Part shown: piece after piece, positions 50,406 to 61,139 of the stretch
Numbering within the stretch: the stretch's first letter is position 1
Layout: every line of letters starts with the position of its first letter
Source of the DNA: Leidyana gryllorum EB-2025a
Lineage: Eukaryota; Protista; Apicomplexa
Direction: 5' to 3'
DNA length: 64,000 nucleotides
NCBI GenBank assembly: GCA_048772705.1
Contig: JBLWGC010000140.1
Coordinates: 124,001 to 188,000, forward strand
The notes under the pieces: generated by a model
Seen by the model: the letters and a program-made list of their open reading frames with translations, nothing else
What the model was told of the DNA's origin: nothing
Databases searched by the model: none
Translations under genes and position numbers: made by a program

Positions 50406-51119
50406 TTACATTCGCCGATCCTCTCCTATCCGACCCTGCTTGCACTTCTCATCGTCGCGTGCGACCAGATACGTGGGGGATGTGATCGGTTCCTCTCCCG
50501 GTGTGCAGAGTCTAAAGTAGTAACTCCAGTCGTCTTTGTTCATTTGATAGAGCTCCCTCTCGTGAATTTCCAGGGTGTGAATGGACTCCTCCCGTTCACT
50601 GGAGGTGCGGCCCAAGATGCATACGACCTTTAACGTGGAATCGAACCGGCTCGCTGATCGAAGGAAGTCACCATCTTGATGGACAATCTCTATCCGTCGG
50701 ACATTATCAACCCCCAACTGTCGCAGAACAAAGTGTGCAGCGTTTGTCAAACAGTTCTGCATAGCAACACCCAGGCTCGCGTCTTCGCGATCCTTTGCTG
50801 ACAAAAAGTCCAGTTTCATGGAAACATCCGGCTTGAAGCCCTTCAACCTCCAACGAAATGACGCTGTCTTATTGAGATCTGCCTCGACAATAGGGACTGC
50901 CGTTTCGTATGTTGCTGTGTTCAGCGTAATATCAGTCACTTCAATCGTCGTCTGGCTCATGCTCGAGTCCTTTGGCTGTGCTGAGATATCGTGGAGGCTG
51001 TCCGCTGACGTCGAGAGCGCTGAGCCTTGAGGAAGCGATGCTAGGAGAAATATGTGGGATCTTCGCACTGGTTGCCCAACAGGCAGACTGTGGCCAACCT
51101 TCTTGACACAGCTCACCAT
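50406..51119 (-). CDS. Unknown tandem family, intact copy
   Basis: MVSCVKK..SHIFLLASLPQGSAL, AMQNCLTNAAHFVL, DWSYYFRL, SPTYLV. Confidence 0.85.
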   Translation of the reverse strand: MVSCVKKVGHSLPVGQPVRRSHIFLLASLPQGSALSTSADSLHDISAQPKDSSMSQTTIEVTDITLNTATYETAVPIVEADLNKTASFRWRLKGFKPDVSMKLDFLSAKDREDASLGVAMQNCLTNAAHFVLRQLGVDNVRRIEIVHQDGDFLRSASRFDSTLKVVCILGRTSSEREESIHTLEIHERELYQMNKDDWSYYFRLCTPGEEPITSPTYLVARDDEKCKQGRIGEDRRM

Positions 51120-51597
51120 CAACAGAATCAACGACCCGCTTTGCACGACTTTTTTCGCCAACCAGAAGTGTTGTTGATCCTAAAAGGTCTCATTGCAACG
51201 CCTCCCAAACTCTGATAATTTCAGTACCAACACTGGCTCCTTGTGAGCGTTAACACACACGGAAACACACACGAATGAGCACAAAATGTTCTACTCAGTA
51301 CAATAATCAGGAGATCGGCTCACAAGACACACTGACGATGTGATGTGGGTCAGCCAGCATCAGTGTGCACTGTGAAGGACTGACAGCGGCAAAAGTGCGC
51401 AATACTCAGGCGTCGCAAAGCTGACATGTCTATCACACTGTGCCGCCGATGGCGGCTCGTTTCACTTATGCGCGGATGTCGCAGCTACTTCTCGGCCACG
51501 CACACACAGATACACACACAGATTTTAGCGGAAGCGATAAATGGAATCACTGAAATGAATGACAGAAAAGGATGTGATTGGAGATTAAATTCACAAT

Positions 51598-52310
51598 TCA
51601 GTATGTCGGAACGGTCTTCCTGACAGGGAAGCGGACAATGCGAGAAGGCTGCCCAGTTCGCATTTCTCTGTAGACATCATCGACCTTTGTAATGAGATAC
51701 CCGGCCGAATCGACTTTCAAGGACTCCTCCGTTTTGGTGAGAAAACGGAAGCGATATCCCCAAGTACCTGTTGGTACCGTCTGTCGGACCTGTGCTCCGT
51801 GAACTTCTTGCCTCTCTGTCGAACCCCTGTAGGTGCACACGACGCTAAAATCTTGGTCAAGAAATCTTTCGGCCCCCGGGACCTGACTCTCGGGGAGGAG
51901 GTGTATTTCGTCAGGCACCGGAAGGTCTCGACCTGTGAATTCCCGAATCAGAAACTCTACCAAGTTGTCCAGACAGTTGGCTGTCACCGCTGTCATCTCT
52001 GCCTTGTCAGGTGCTGTCAATGCCGCATGTCCTCTTAAATTGCCAGTTTCGAGGGTAACACTCAAGCCCGAGGTGTCATGTTTCCACACCATTGACATGT
52101 CCAGGAGGCGTTCCCCACCGCAGGTGACCTCTCAGGACACCGCATACCTCACTTAGACACCAGATATTGGCAAAGTGAAATTTGGGCTCATGGCCGGTCG
52201 CTGGTGCCTTCGCAGTTCTCAGAGCTCTATGGAGTACCTGCTGTATCCTGACAGCAGGAAGGGGCCGCAATACTCTCTGCCATTGTAACATAACGTATCT
52301 ACGACACCAT
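51598..52310 (-). pseudogene. Unknown tandem family, 5'-disrupted copy (closest to the 52763-53533 copy)
   Basis: The 3' 166 codons are intact (ANCLDNLVEFL, TWGYRFRF, YLITKVDDVY). Upstream are MVS-stop, a frameshift and an in-frame TGA. Confidence 0.7.
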
Positions 52311-52762
52311 GCCGATGGCTCGTCTCATTTGTTTTGTAGTCCCGGCCAGCCCTGGGAGGACTGGCCGAGTCCGATCTAGATCCGCTCCGGAAATTGGGTC
52401 CGGTAGGGGCCCGGGGGTGGATCGCGTTGCTACCATTGAGAATCGAGGGTTTTTTGGATGTTTGAGGGAGATCTAGTTGTGTTCGTAAAAAAAGGGGGTT
52501 TTTGAAGCACCTAGATCCTAAGCTTATCGTTGTTAGTTTCGTGTCTCCTGTGCCGGGCCGGCCGGCACGGAGACACAGACATCCGCCGGACCGGTCTTAT
52601 GCCGGGTGGCGACAATCCAACCGTTGTCACCGTTCTTATCACATTCTATGTCCGAATGTCGTGGTTAACTCGCGTTGGCCATACACATACACAATCAAAA
52701 GCCTGTGGCGGAAAGGTTACTAATTCATAGTATGGGGAGTGAGCAGAATCTAAATTTACAAT

Positions 52763-53533
52763 TTACTCCGCCCAGGGAACCGTCTTCTTATTGGGGAAGC
52801 GCCCAGTCCGAGTAATCCCTCCAGTGCGCGTTTCTGTGTAAACGCCATCGACCTTTTCGAGATGATAGTTGATTGAAGTGGTTTTGGAGTAGTTGTCCCC
52901 ATTAGTAAAACGGAAGCGGTACTCCCAGGCGTCTGGTGCGACCATCTGCCGAACCTGCGCTCTGCACACTTCTGGGATATTGCGCACTTCTCCTTCGAAT
53001 GAAGATGGTTTGTATTCGAATACGACTCTGAAGTTCTCGTCAAGAAGTCTATAGTCGTCCTCAACCTGCTTCTCCGGGACGAGGTGGATCTTCTCGAGGC
53101 CTTGGAGGCCCGTACCTTTCAATTGCCAAAAGATGAATTCTGCCAAATTGTCCAAGCAGTTCGCTTTCACCGCTCTCTGTTCTGCATTGCCAGGTGTTGT
53201 TAATGATGTATGTTCTCTCAATTTTTTGACATCGAGGCTCAACATCACGCCCGTGGCTTCATCCTTCCACACCATTGAGCCGTCCAGCAGACGTCCTCCG
53301 CTGGTGTTGACCGTCCGTGAAAATTCACCTAGGCAAGGATCTTGGCGCAGACTAATGACCATAGCCTCGGGTGGCGAAGCCGTCCGGTGCCTCTCAAAAT
53401 CGGATTGGACGCTCTCGGATGCGGCCGAAAAAGCCGAGCTTTGCGGCAAAGATGCCAGCAGGAATGTGTGGCATAATGTACGCGCCTCACTACTGGGCGC
53501 GCTTCCTCGAATCTTCTTGACACAGTTCACCAT
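52763..53533 (-). CDS. Unknown tandem family, intact copy
   Basis: MVNCVKK..LCHTFLLASLPQSSAF, ANCLDNLAEFIF, AWEYRFRF, SINYHLEKVDGVY. Confidence 0.85.
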   Translation of the reverse strand: MVNCVKKIRGSAPSSEARTLCHTFLLASLPQSSAFSAASESVQSDFERHRTASPPEAMVISLRQDPCLGEFSRTVNTSGGRLLDGSMVWKDEATGVMLSLDVKKLREHTSLTTPGNAEQRAVKANCLDNLAEFIFWQLKGTGLQGLEKIHLVPEKQVEDDYRLLDENFRVVFEYKPSSFEGEVRNIPEVCRAQVRQMVAPDAWEYRFRFTNGDNYSKTTSINYHLEKVDGVYTETRTGGITRTGRFPNKKTVPWAE

Positions 53534-54172
53534 CTCAAAACAACGACAAGCTTTCCAAAATCTTTTTAGCACGTCGGAAGTCTGGACATTAACTCATTAC
53601 AACGCCCTTCGAGCTGCCAGTGAGCTTGAAAAGCTCGTTTTGTCTCTCCATAGCGGGGAAGCTGTGATCAGATCGCAGAGGAGTAAAGAGTCTGGAATGC
53701 GCTCTCAGCAGGCTGTTAGAGAACCCGGAGCCCATCCATTCACGCCTCTGTACCGTCTAGTGAGCCTTCATTTCAATGAAACTTGAGTCCGGGGAAAAAA
53801 ACGTGTGTGATGGCATGTTTGCATCTCTGTGTCTCCGTGTGTTGGGGCTTGAAAACGGACCCAGATCTGGCTTCATTTGATTAGTATGAACGACAGGTGT
53901 TATTTCGTGGACTTGTTAGTGACCGACTATCTGATCGGCGAGAACTGTAACGTGAGTGTATTTCGTGATGATGGGAGATCATTTTGACAATTATTTAATT
54001 GGTTATTGTAATTGATTGAAAGTGCAACCGACCTGAACACTGTTCATTATGTCAGACAGAAATGTGAGCGAGCATTGCTTCCTCGACCTGAAGGCTTCAC
54101 GTGCAGCCGATGGCAGAACACCACTAGTGGCACCGTATAGCAGATAAATGGTCCGGGCCGCATTCTTGGAGT

Positions 54173-54841
54173 CTATGGTATCGCGGACATTCCGGAGCGA
54201 GCTACCCCTCTCAAGGGGCTCTCCTCTCTCAAGTCATTGTCATTGGGCTCTCGGAGGGCAAGTGAGTAAATTTTGGGAGTGTGTGGAGACGACCAGCTCC
54301 CACCGCTCTCTGAGCTCAACTTCCTCTCAGAACTCAGTATTGCTTTATAAACAACAGTGTGGGTTTCCGGGGCATCGGGGGTTCCCTTGTCGATACTGCA
54401 TCTCACTTGATGCTCATAGCAATTCTTGGTCCTCTTTTGGGGGGAGACATCTACTCTCGATACCGAGGAAGGGGAGTGTAGTCATGGCACCAAGAATTTG
54501 ATCAAATCGGTGAGGGGGTCATTGTGGCCGGGAGAGTGTTCCCGCCGGCCCTCACCCATTGTGTTCTGAGGCGACGACCCAGACGGCAAAAACACCTCGT
54601 CTGAGAGGGTGTCACAATCAATCCCAGGCTCATCATAATCCCAAGCATCTTGTCTCCTCCGCAGCTCCTACCAACTTTGGTGTAAAGGTCTGGGCGATTT
54701 TGGAACTTCAATTGCGTTATTTGGCGCCATCAATGCGGAGGAGGTGGGTGTCAGAGACGCCAGCGCACCAGCAGTGTGGCCTTAGGACCTCTAGTCGCAA
54801 CTTGACAAAGTTTGTGGGCACTTCTTCACACAACTCACCAT
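54173..54841 (-). pseudogene. Unknown tandem family, heavily decayed copy
   Basis: MVSCVKKCPQTLSSCD-stop followed by LASLTPTSSAL and broken frames. Confidence 0.65.
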
Positions 54842-55325
54842 GTAAAACGTGGACCGGTTCGAAGGAAAGAAAGTCTCGACTGCAATGATATCTGCACAGA
54901 AAGGGATCTTAATCAATTGTGACTTTGTATGGGTCGAAATCAGCGACGACGAGTTGATATCACAGTGTCAGCAAAGTCAAGATCGCAGTGAAGATGACTA
55001 TGTCAATGAAGGCTCAGACCCAAATTTAGAGTGGGGAACGTTTCGCATATGATCGGATCGGTGCTGCAAACCTGAATGGGTGACTCACTCCCCCCCAGCC
55101 AGGCGAGCACACACTCCGATAAGATGCGGACATAGCGAGAAATGAAAAAAAAATTGAGCGCTCACATAACCATCCATCTCAGTCAGCACGTCAGCTCTTT
55201 CCGGACGAGATTCACAAAACACTCGAGCAGTCTTTTGGCTCAACATTGGCACCAAAAGGATGCTACCGATCCGACTGATCAGTCCCGGGTTGAGTCATGA
55301 CTCTGGCACTGTCTGATTTGTTCAA

Positions 55326-56021
55326 CTACTCATTCCAGCGGACGTCACTTAGTGACATCTCATCAGAAACTGTAGTACTCATCCAAGATGCCCCCCCCTC
55401 CTCATCCTCCACGGAGTGAGGGTTCACATAAATGGGGGATGAACACCTTTCACGCCCGTCCAAATCATGGAGTGTGAAGTACCAACTCCAAGTATTCCGA
55501 CCATCCAGGCGATTGTAGGTGATGTCGTGAACCACCACCCTCTGAACCACTTTTTTCGCCAGTCTTTTGTCTCCTTTGTTCCACACATTGCTCACGACTT
55601 GATACCCCATATCAATTCGCATCTCGTTCTCAGCGAACAGCTCAATTGTCAGCTTCGACGATTCGGGCTCGACCTGCTTCAAAAGGAATGCTGCCAAGTC
55701 ATCTAGGCAACGGTGCATGGCTTTTGCAAAGTTGTTATCCTGCAGGTACTTCGATTCTCGTATCGAGGTACCATCAAACGATAGTTTCTTCCCGAACCCA
55801 CGCACTTTCCACCAGATCACGTCCTGCTTGTTACTCTTACAGCACAGCTTGGGCCTGCTCGGCGTGAATCGGGTCACGTCGAACGGCTCCAATACACTGT
55901 TGCCCTCAATTGCCGCCAACGATTGCGGAGACAGTGATGCCAACAGAAATGCAGACCAGGTCGGCGGAGTGACGTCACAAGTCGACAACGGTCGAAGCTG
56001 GCGTGTTACACAGCTGACCAT
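55326..56021 (-). CDS. Unknown tandem family, intact copy
   Basis: MVSCVTR..WSAFLLASLSPQSLAA, AMHRCLDDLAAFLL, TWSWYFTL, SSPIYV. Confidence 0.85.
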   Translation of the reverse strand: MVSCVTRQLRPLSTCDVTPPTWSAFLLASLSPQSLAAIEGNSVLEPFDVTRFTPSRPKLCCKSNKQDVIWWKVRGFGKKLSFDGTSIRESKYLQDNNFAKAMHRCLDDLAAFLLKQVEPESSKLTIELFAENEMRIDMGYQVVSNVWNKGDKRLAKKVVQRVVVHDITYNRLDGRNTWSWYFTLHDLDGRERCSSPIYVNPHSVEDEEGGASWMSTTVSDEMSLSDVRWNE

Positions 56022-56413
56022 ACCAAAAATTTAGATTGGGCCATCGTCCACCATTCTGTGCCACCGACGAATCAGACTCTGGGTGGAACACGCAACACTA
56101 CACTCCGTGTCGGCCAATGATCACACCGACAGCGTATATCAGTACCAAAGGGCACGCTACACTTTTACACACACAATGAGTGCCATCCGGCATCGTGTGC
56201 GGCAAACGCGCGGAGACACAGACATCCAGACACACTTTGTCAATTTGTGCTCCCAGAGAATTAACTAGTTGGGGAAAAGAGTCAGTCAGTCACCGTCAAC
56301 CTAAATCATATTCCGACGAAAAGTAGTCACATCCGAACAGTGCCAAAAAGTTACCATCCAGAATGCATGAATTATGACCGGACGGATAATCGCGAGCACA
56401 CGCAGGATGTAGA

Positions 56414-58015
56414 TCATTTCACGATTAAAACTGTTTCACGCGATGTGGAATCTGTTGATGCAAGAGCTAGGCGGGCAAGGCAATAGTTGCCTGTGACACC
56501 GCCGGGCAGCTGCAACTTGTCCGCCAGAGAACCTGTTCCCTCGCTATGGGAACCAACAGCGAAATCTCGATGAAAATCCGAGAGTGCGGTCTCCCAGCTA
56601 TAGTGGAGAAACGAATGCACAACCCGGCCATTCACAAGCGTCCATGAAACTCCCCCGTTCGGAGAGTCCATCAGCGTCCATCCAGATTGCACGTCGTTGT
56701 ATGCCCAGAGCGGCGTCCCACCAGGCCGTCCTGTCCTGACGACCTCCAATAAGCTGTCATCTATCATTGTCTTTCGCACTTGGACACTTTCTCGGTTACA
56801 TAACCAGCGCGTATCAACCTTCTTCCCATACTCTCCTATGAGCTTCCAGAGACTGCTCTGATCTGCCCAATTCCACCACGGCTGCTTTGTCAGATCAGAG
56901 CAGTCAACAGAATCCTTGTCAGAGGGCTTAGTGGCCTGGAACGGAATCTCAGTCGTAGACGCAGCCTCAGCCTCAGACTCAGTCACAGGGGTTTCTGAAG
57001 TGGGGAGCTGTGTCCGCGCAGTGTCCAATAAACTTGAATTTGTTGGAAACACGCCCTGATATGCTGGACGCAGTGTCACGGCCGTCGTCCAGCTGTCGCA
57101 GAGGTCTCCGTGGCAATCGAGAGTCATTTTGTGAGCGATCCGTTCCTGGAGCGCTTTGAGGGCCGCATCAGCGCTGTGCCCGTACTTGATGGTCCCGATG
57201 GGTCCGCTTGCAGCGACTTCGAGCCACATGGAGCCTCTCAGCCTTTCAAATAGAACGAATTGGGCAAAGTCTTGTGCCCGGGGGTCGTCGAGTCGCGTTA
57301 TGTCGACCATGAAGCGGCGACCGTTGCCCGAAACCAATATGGGCGAATGCTGGTTTGTTGGGAGTTGATAGATCAACTCGAAGGGGTTGGGGGCGGGTTG
57401 ATCTTTTGTGGCTTCCAGCACAAATCCCGCGGCTTGGCAGAGCCGATTGATCATTTTGGGGTCTGCGGTGCCGCTGAGGAGACCCGATTTGATGAAGGGG
57501 TAATTGTTGGCGGGAGCATTAAAATGCAAATTGACACTACGGCCGGTAATGTCGTCGACGACGACTCCGTCGTACCGATCAGTCCCCTCGGCGCGGCGGA
57601 ATGAGTGAAAGGTGAGATTCTTGACTCCCGGTATGGCCGGAGAGCTGCCGAAGTGAACGAAGACTTTTCGACCAGAACGGTTTAGCCGGATGTGCTCTTG
57701 GGCGGTGCTCACCAACCCCCTTTCCCTCGTGAGGAATAGTGCCCTCAATTTTGCCCAGCGAGAAGTGCTGACTATTCGCATCCCGGGTGAGAAAGATGCC
57801 AGCAAGGCAAGGGCGGTTGGATCGTTGCTGAATTTGTCCAGCAGGTCGTTCGATCGTGAGTAGAAGACTCCCGTCTCCACAGTAGGATCGGGGGCGGTGT
57901 CAATGGGCAACCAATCGTGTGAAGACAAAAGGCTCTGGACAAGAAGGCCAGAGGTCTGTCGATAGCGCGCCGCATTACACACTTCCCGACTTGTGTCTTT
58001 CAGCGCAGGTCCCAT
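56414..58015 (-). CDS. Unknown ~530-aa protein, long-form paralog A
   Basis: Shares DDITGR, RLCQAAGFVL, FAQFVLFER, AASGPIG and NDVQSGW with the adjacent ORF. Confidence 0.8.
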   Translation of the reverse strand: MGPALKDTSREVCNAARYRQTSGLLVQSLLSSHDWLPIDTAPDPTVETGVFYSRSNDLLDKFSNDPTALALLASFSPGMRIVSTSRWAKLRALFLTRERGLVSTAQEHIRLNRSGRKVFVHFGSSPAIPGVKNLTFHSFRRAEGTDRYDGVVVDDITGRSVNLHFNAPANNYPFIKSGLLSGTADPKMINRLCQAAGFVLEATKDQPAPNPFELIYQLPTNQHSPILVSGNGRRFMVDITRLDDPRAQDFAQFVLFERLRGSMWLEVAASGPIGTIKYGHSADAALKALQERIAHKMTLDCHGDLCDSWTTAVTLRPAYQGVFPTNSSLLDTARTQLPTSETPVTESEAEAASTTEIPFQATKPSDKDSVDCSDLTKQPWWNWADQSSLWKLIGEYGKKVDTRWLCNRESVQVRKTMIDDSLLEVVRTGRPGGTPLWAYNDVQSGWTLMDSPNGGVSWTLVNGRVVHSFLHYSWETALSDFHRDFAVGSHSEGTGSLADKLQLPGGVTGNYCLARLALASTDSTSRETVLIVK

Positions 58016-58150
58016 GGGACGTTATTGAAAGAGCTGGTGGTTGGCCGAGAAGATGTAACTACTTGTTGGGAAAAAAGAAAGTAATTGAATGTTTGGGCCC
58101 CTAATTGGCCGACGGAACGATAATAGCTAAAAAATCCCGACAACCCACTC

Positions 58151-59653
58151 TCATGTCCATATCTCATCGATGTCTGCGTCTCGGTCGGCGTCAGGGCCGA
58201 GAGGGGGATTCTCGAAAAGTGCACGGTAACTTTCTCTGAAGTCGAGTCCGGGCCGACCGCTTCCTGCCCAGGGGCCGCGTGGTATCTGAAGTAGACAGGT
58301 TTTGTCTCTGAGGACGGTGATCAAATTGTCATCAACACTTGTTGGGTACAAAACCCAGCCATTTTGGACATCGTCGTGCGCCGTTGCTTTGCCCAGCGAC
58401 TGGGTCCCTCGAAATTGCTTTACTTCAAGATACGCGTTGTGAGGTGGAAGGACGCGCATATCAAATTGGATGTTCTCCCAGGGCTGAGGTACATTCCTCA
58501 ATGCCAGTCGCAACATGTCTTGCTGTTGCTCCGCAGTGTACTTCACATGACCAATTTCGTTAATAATGGGAATCTCTTTGCTCCCTTTGGCTTGCCAGAG
58601 CGCAGGGAACACAGGTGCAGCCACATCCCACTCGGGACCCGGGAGTTTGTGCCGCAGTACCCTACACCACAATCGAGCCCTGGGCGGGAGGCTGGATACT
58701 GGCGTGTCATATCCCTCCGTGCACATTGCCCACAATGTCCGGCAGTGGTGAGTATCGAGCTCCGCCTGTCCGCCCGGCCGAATCAGTCCGACGGGGCCAC
58801 TGGCTGCTCGTTCAGTCCACACGTCCTGTCCTTGTGGGTTTTGCACTCGTTCGAACAGCACGTACTGGGCGAAATACTGGTTTGAATGATCAGTTATTGG
58901 TACCATTCTGTCAATGTCGATGAGATAAGTGGGGATCGGTGCATCGTTGACATAGACCGACACGGCTCCCCTCCTCGGGTGGGTAGGATCAGCACAGTAC
59001 CTAATTTTGAGCTTGTCGGTCGGCTTGAATTCCTTCCTCGTCGCGTAAAGGAAAAATGATCCCATTTGACAAATTCGTTCATTCATGTCCTTGTCAATAC
59101 TTCCCGGATAACTTCCAATGTCAATGTTTCGCAACACGTTACCCCTGTGAATCACACTTATGCGAACGATACGACCCGTCACGTCGTCCCGAAGACGAGT
59201 CCGATACGTTGGACACTTAAACTCGGGGTCAGTCGCCTCAGGATCGAGTGTCCATTGAATCCAGTGACACAATCTGAAAGTGCCGCTCGTTCCGGCAATG
59301 ATCCCGTCGTCGACTCCAATGACCTTCAGACCACCAGGACGCTTCTTCTGCAAACTCTCGTACTCTGCTTGCCGTTCTCCCAACAAGAAGCACAGCCGCA
59401 TCAGCCGAACCGGATTGATCGCGTACTCTCCCCAAGGAGAAAGTACCTTTCGCAGGGCTTCCTTAGCACGGGGCTGATACCGAACGGAGAAAGACTCCGG
59501 CTCATCCGGCGTTATTACATCCGGCTCGTCAACAATGTCTTCGGCGCTCTCCGAGGTTTCGGTTGGTATGTTCAACGCACAATAACCGCCCACTATCCAC
59601 CACCGACCAGCAATTCCGTTCTCCGATTTCAATGGACACCGTAGTACAGCCAT
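58151..59653 (-). CDS. Unknown ~500-aa protein, long-form paralog B
   Basis: DDVTGR, RICQMGSFFL, FAQYVLFER, AASGPVG, DDVQNGW; first ATG at 59653. Confidence 0.8.
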   Translation of the reverse strand: MAVLRCPLKSENGIAGRWWIVGGYCALNIPTETSESAEDIVDEPDVITPDEPESFSVRYQPRAKEALRKVLSPWGEYAINPVRLMRLCFLLGERQAEYESLQKKRPGGLKVIGVDDGIIAGTSGTFRLCHWIQWTLDPEATDPEFKCPTYRTRLRDDVTGRIVRISVIHRGNVLRNIDIGSYPGSIDKDMNERICQMGSFFLYATRKEFKPTDKLKIRYCADPTHPRRGAVSVYVNDAPIPTYLIDIDRMVPITDHSNQYFAQYVLFERVQNPQGQDVWTERAASGPVGLIRPGGQAELDTHHCRTLWAMCTEGYDTPVSSLPPRARLWCRVLRHKLPGPEWDVAAPVFPALWQAKGSKEIPIINEIGHVKYTAEQQQDMLRLALRNVPQPWENIQFDMRVLPPHNAYLEVKQFRGTQSLGKATAHDDVQNGWVLYPTSVDDNLITVLRDKTCLLQIPRGPWAGSGRPGLDFRESYRALFENPPLGPDADRDADIDEIWT

Positions 59654-59839
59654 AGCCAGCCCCAAAATTACCTGCAGACCAAAAAGAATATCGCTGTTCA
59701 AAATGCCTCAGCCGAAACCACACTAAGGCAACAACAATTTGACCTCTGAGCCAATCTGAACCCAAAACACACCCCGTTCTCAGACACTGAAGCAATACTG
59801 GCCATGGCCAGAAAACAGTGATCTTCCCAGTCCAACGGT

Positions 59840-59841
<2 letters not shown>

Positions 59842-59875
<34 letters not shown>

Positions 59876-59911
59876 CACATACACACATACACATACACAT
59901 ATACACACACA
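59842..59911. repeat. Compound (CA)n/(TA)n microsatellite
   Basis: Directly visible. Confidence 0.95.
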
Positions 59912-59969
59912 AATACAGATCAACCCTCACGCCGTGTCTACAGATTGCTTCGAAATTCGACTACAAGTA

Positions 59970-60385
59970 GCACCGTTTCCTCCTCTTTCGGGCAGTCAGC
60001 GCGTAATCTGAACCCCGTTGTCCAAAGGAGGGTGTACCCTTCCTGTTTCGTGGGGTAACGAGCGCTTTGGTTGCTGACATGCCTACCAGACTGCCCCGCT
60101 CGGACCCGCCGTGGGCCCGCTGCTTCTATCAGCGACTGATGGTGGTAGCTAGCCTCGGTTCCGTGTAGGGGAATCACGCCTCAGACAACGAGTCCCTGTC
60201 CCCCCGTAACTCCCATCCTGGGCCCGACTTGCCCCTTGCGACGGATGGGGTAGAGTTCTTCCTTCGGGTGAAAGGAGTGCCGGGCTTGATCCAGCAGTTT
60301 GCCGCCATATCAATTACTGCTTATGATTATGGACACTACGCTATAGTCCAGATGAGACGGCTGCCCGACCCACCGGAAACGTTGG
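59970..60385. ncRNA. Candidate structured ncRNA (identity and strand unresolved)
   Basis: The ends pair (CGTTTCC/GGAAACG, TCGGGCAG/CTGCCCGA), with many nested stems and no long ORF. Confidence 0.3.
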
Positions 60386-61139
60386 CCTCCGACGACTGCT
60401 GTCTTCCATTTGTGAGATTGTAGTTCATCACACTCCACCTACCCTCCTCGGAGGAGACCCGTTACACACACGTGTGCTACGCTTTTAATCACCTCATGTG
60501 AAACGAAGAACACTACTAGTGGACACACTCTCTCCCTCAGATCACCTTCCGCACTACAGCGAACGTTTAGCGAACCCGACAACGCCGAGAGCCTTGGTGG
60601 GCATAGCCATTCATGAAAAGCCCAGAAACTTATATGGAAGATGCCGAAGCGTCTCGCGCGAACTCGAGAATTTCACGACTTGCAGTGCAAACTGCAACAT
60701 TGGGGCTCACATCAGAATCAGGAAAAATGATTGGAGTTAAAAAAGTTTTGGGAGGGGTTTAGATTGTTTGTGACGCCGTGTTGTATCGGCGTGACCTCCT
60801 CGGCTTGCTCCGACATGTCTGGCTGTTTAGAGGAGTGCCGTTGGAGGCGTAGGCTCTGCGACCGGGTTATCACTGGTATGACGAGTTAGTAGAGAAGTTG
60901 CAGTAGATTAGTTGTAGCTGTTGTACACGGGTAGTCACTGATTAGAGTCAAGCATCTCTCTCGCTCTGTCTGTTCTTTCTATTCTGTCTGGGCTTCTGTA
61001 GTTGTGTGCGGCATCGTCCCAATGGGCGATGCAGCTGGGTTGTGTGTGTGTGCTATTACAGATCAAAATATAATGGGGTTTTTAGTGACTTCGTGTTTGC
61101 TATAAGAGCTCTGGACGAACAATGCATTCAATTCGGCAG

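Noticed and set aside
58098-58154. ATGA overlap opening MRVGC... after long paralog B
   Set aside because: The frame closes after 17 codons and I could not join it to the downstream ORF.
45853-59653. Transposon or endogenous virus origin of the intronless island
   Set aside because: No RT, integrase, transposase, capsid or terminal repeat motifs were recognised. This is not excluded without a profile search.
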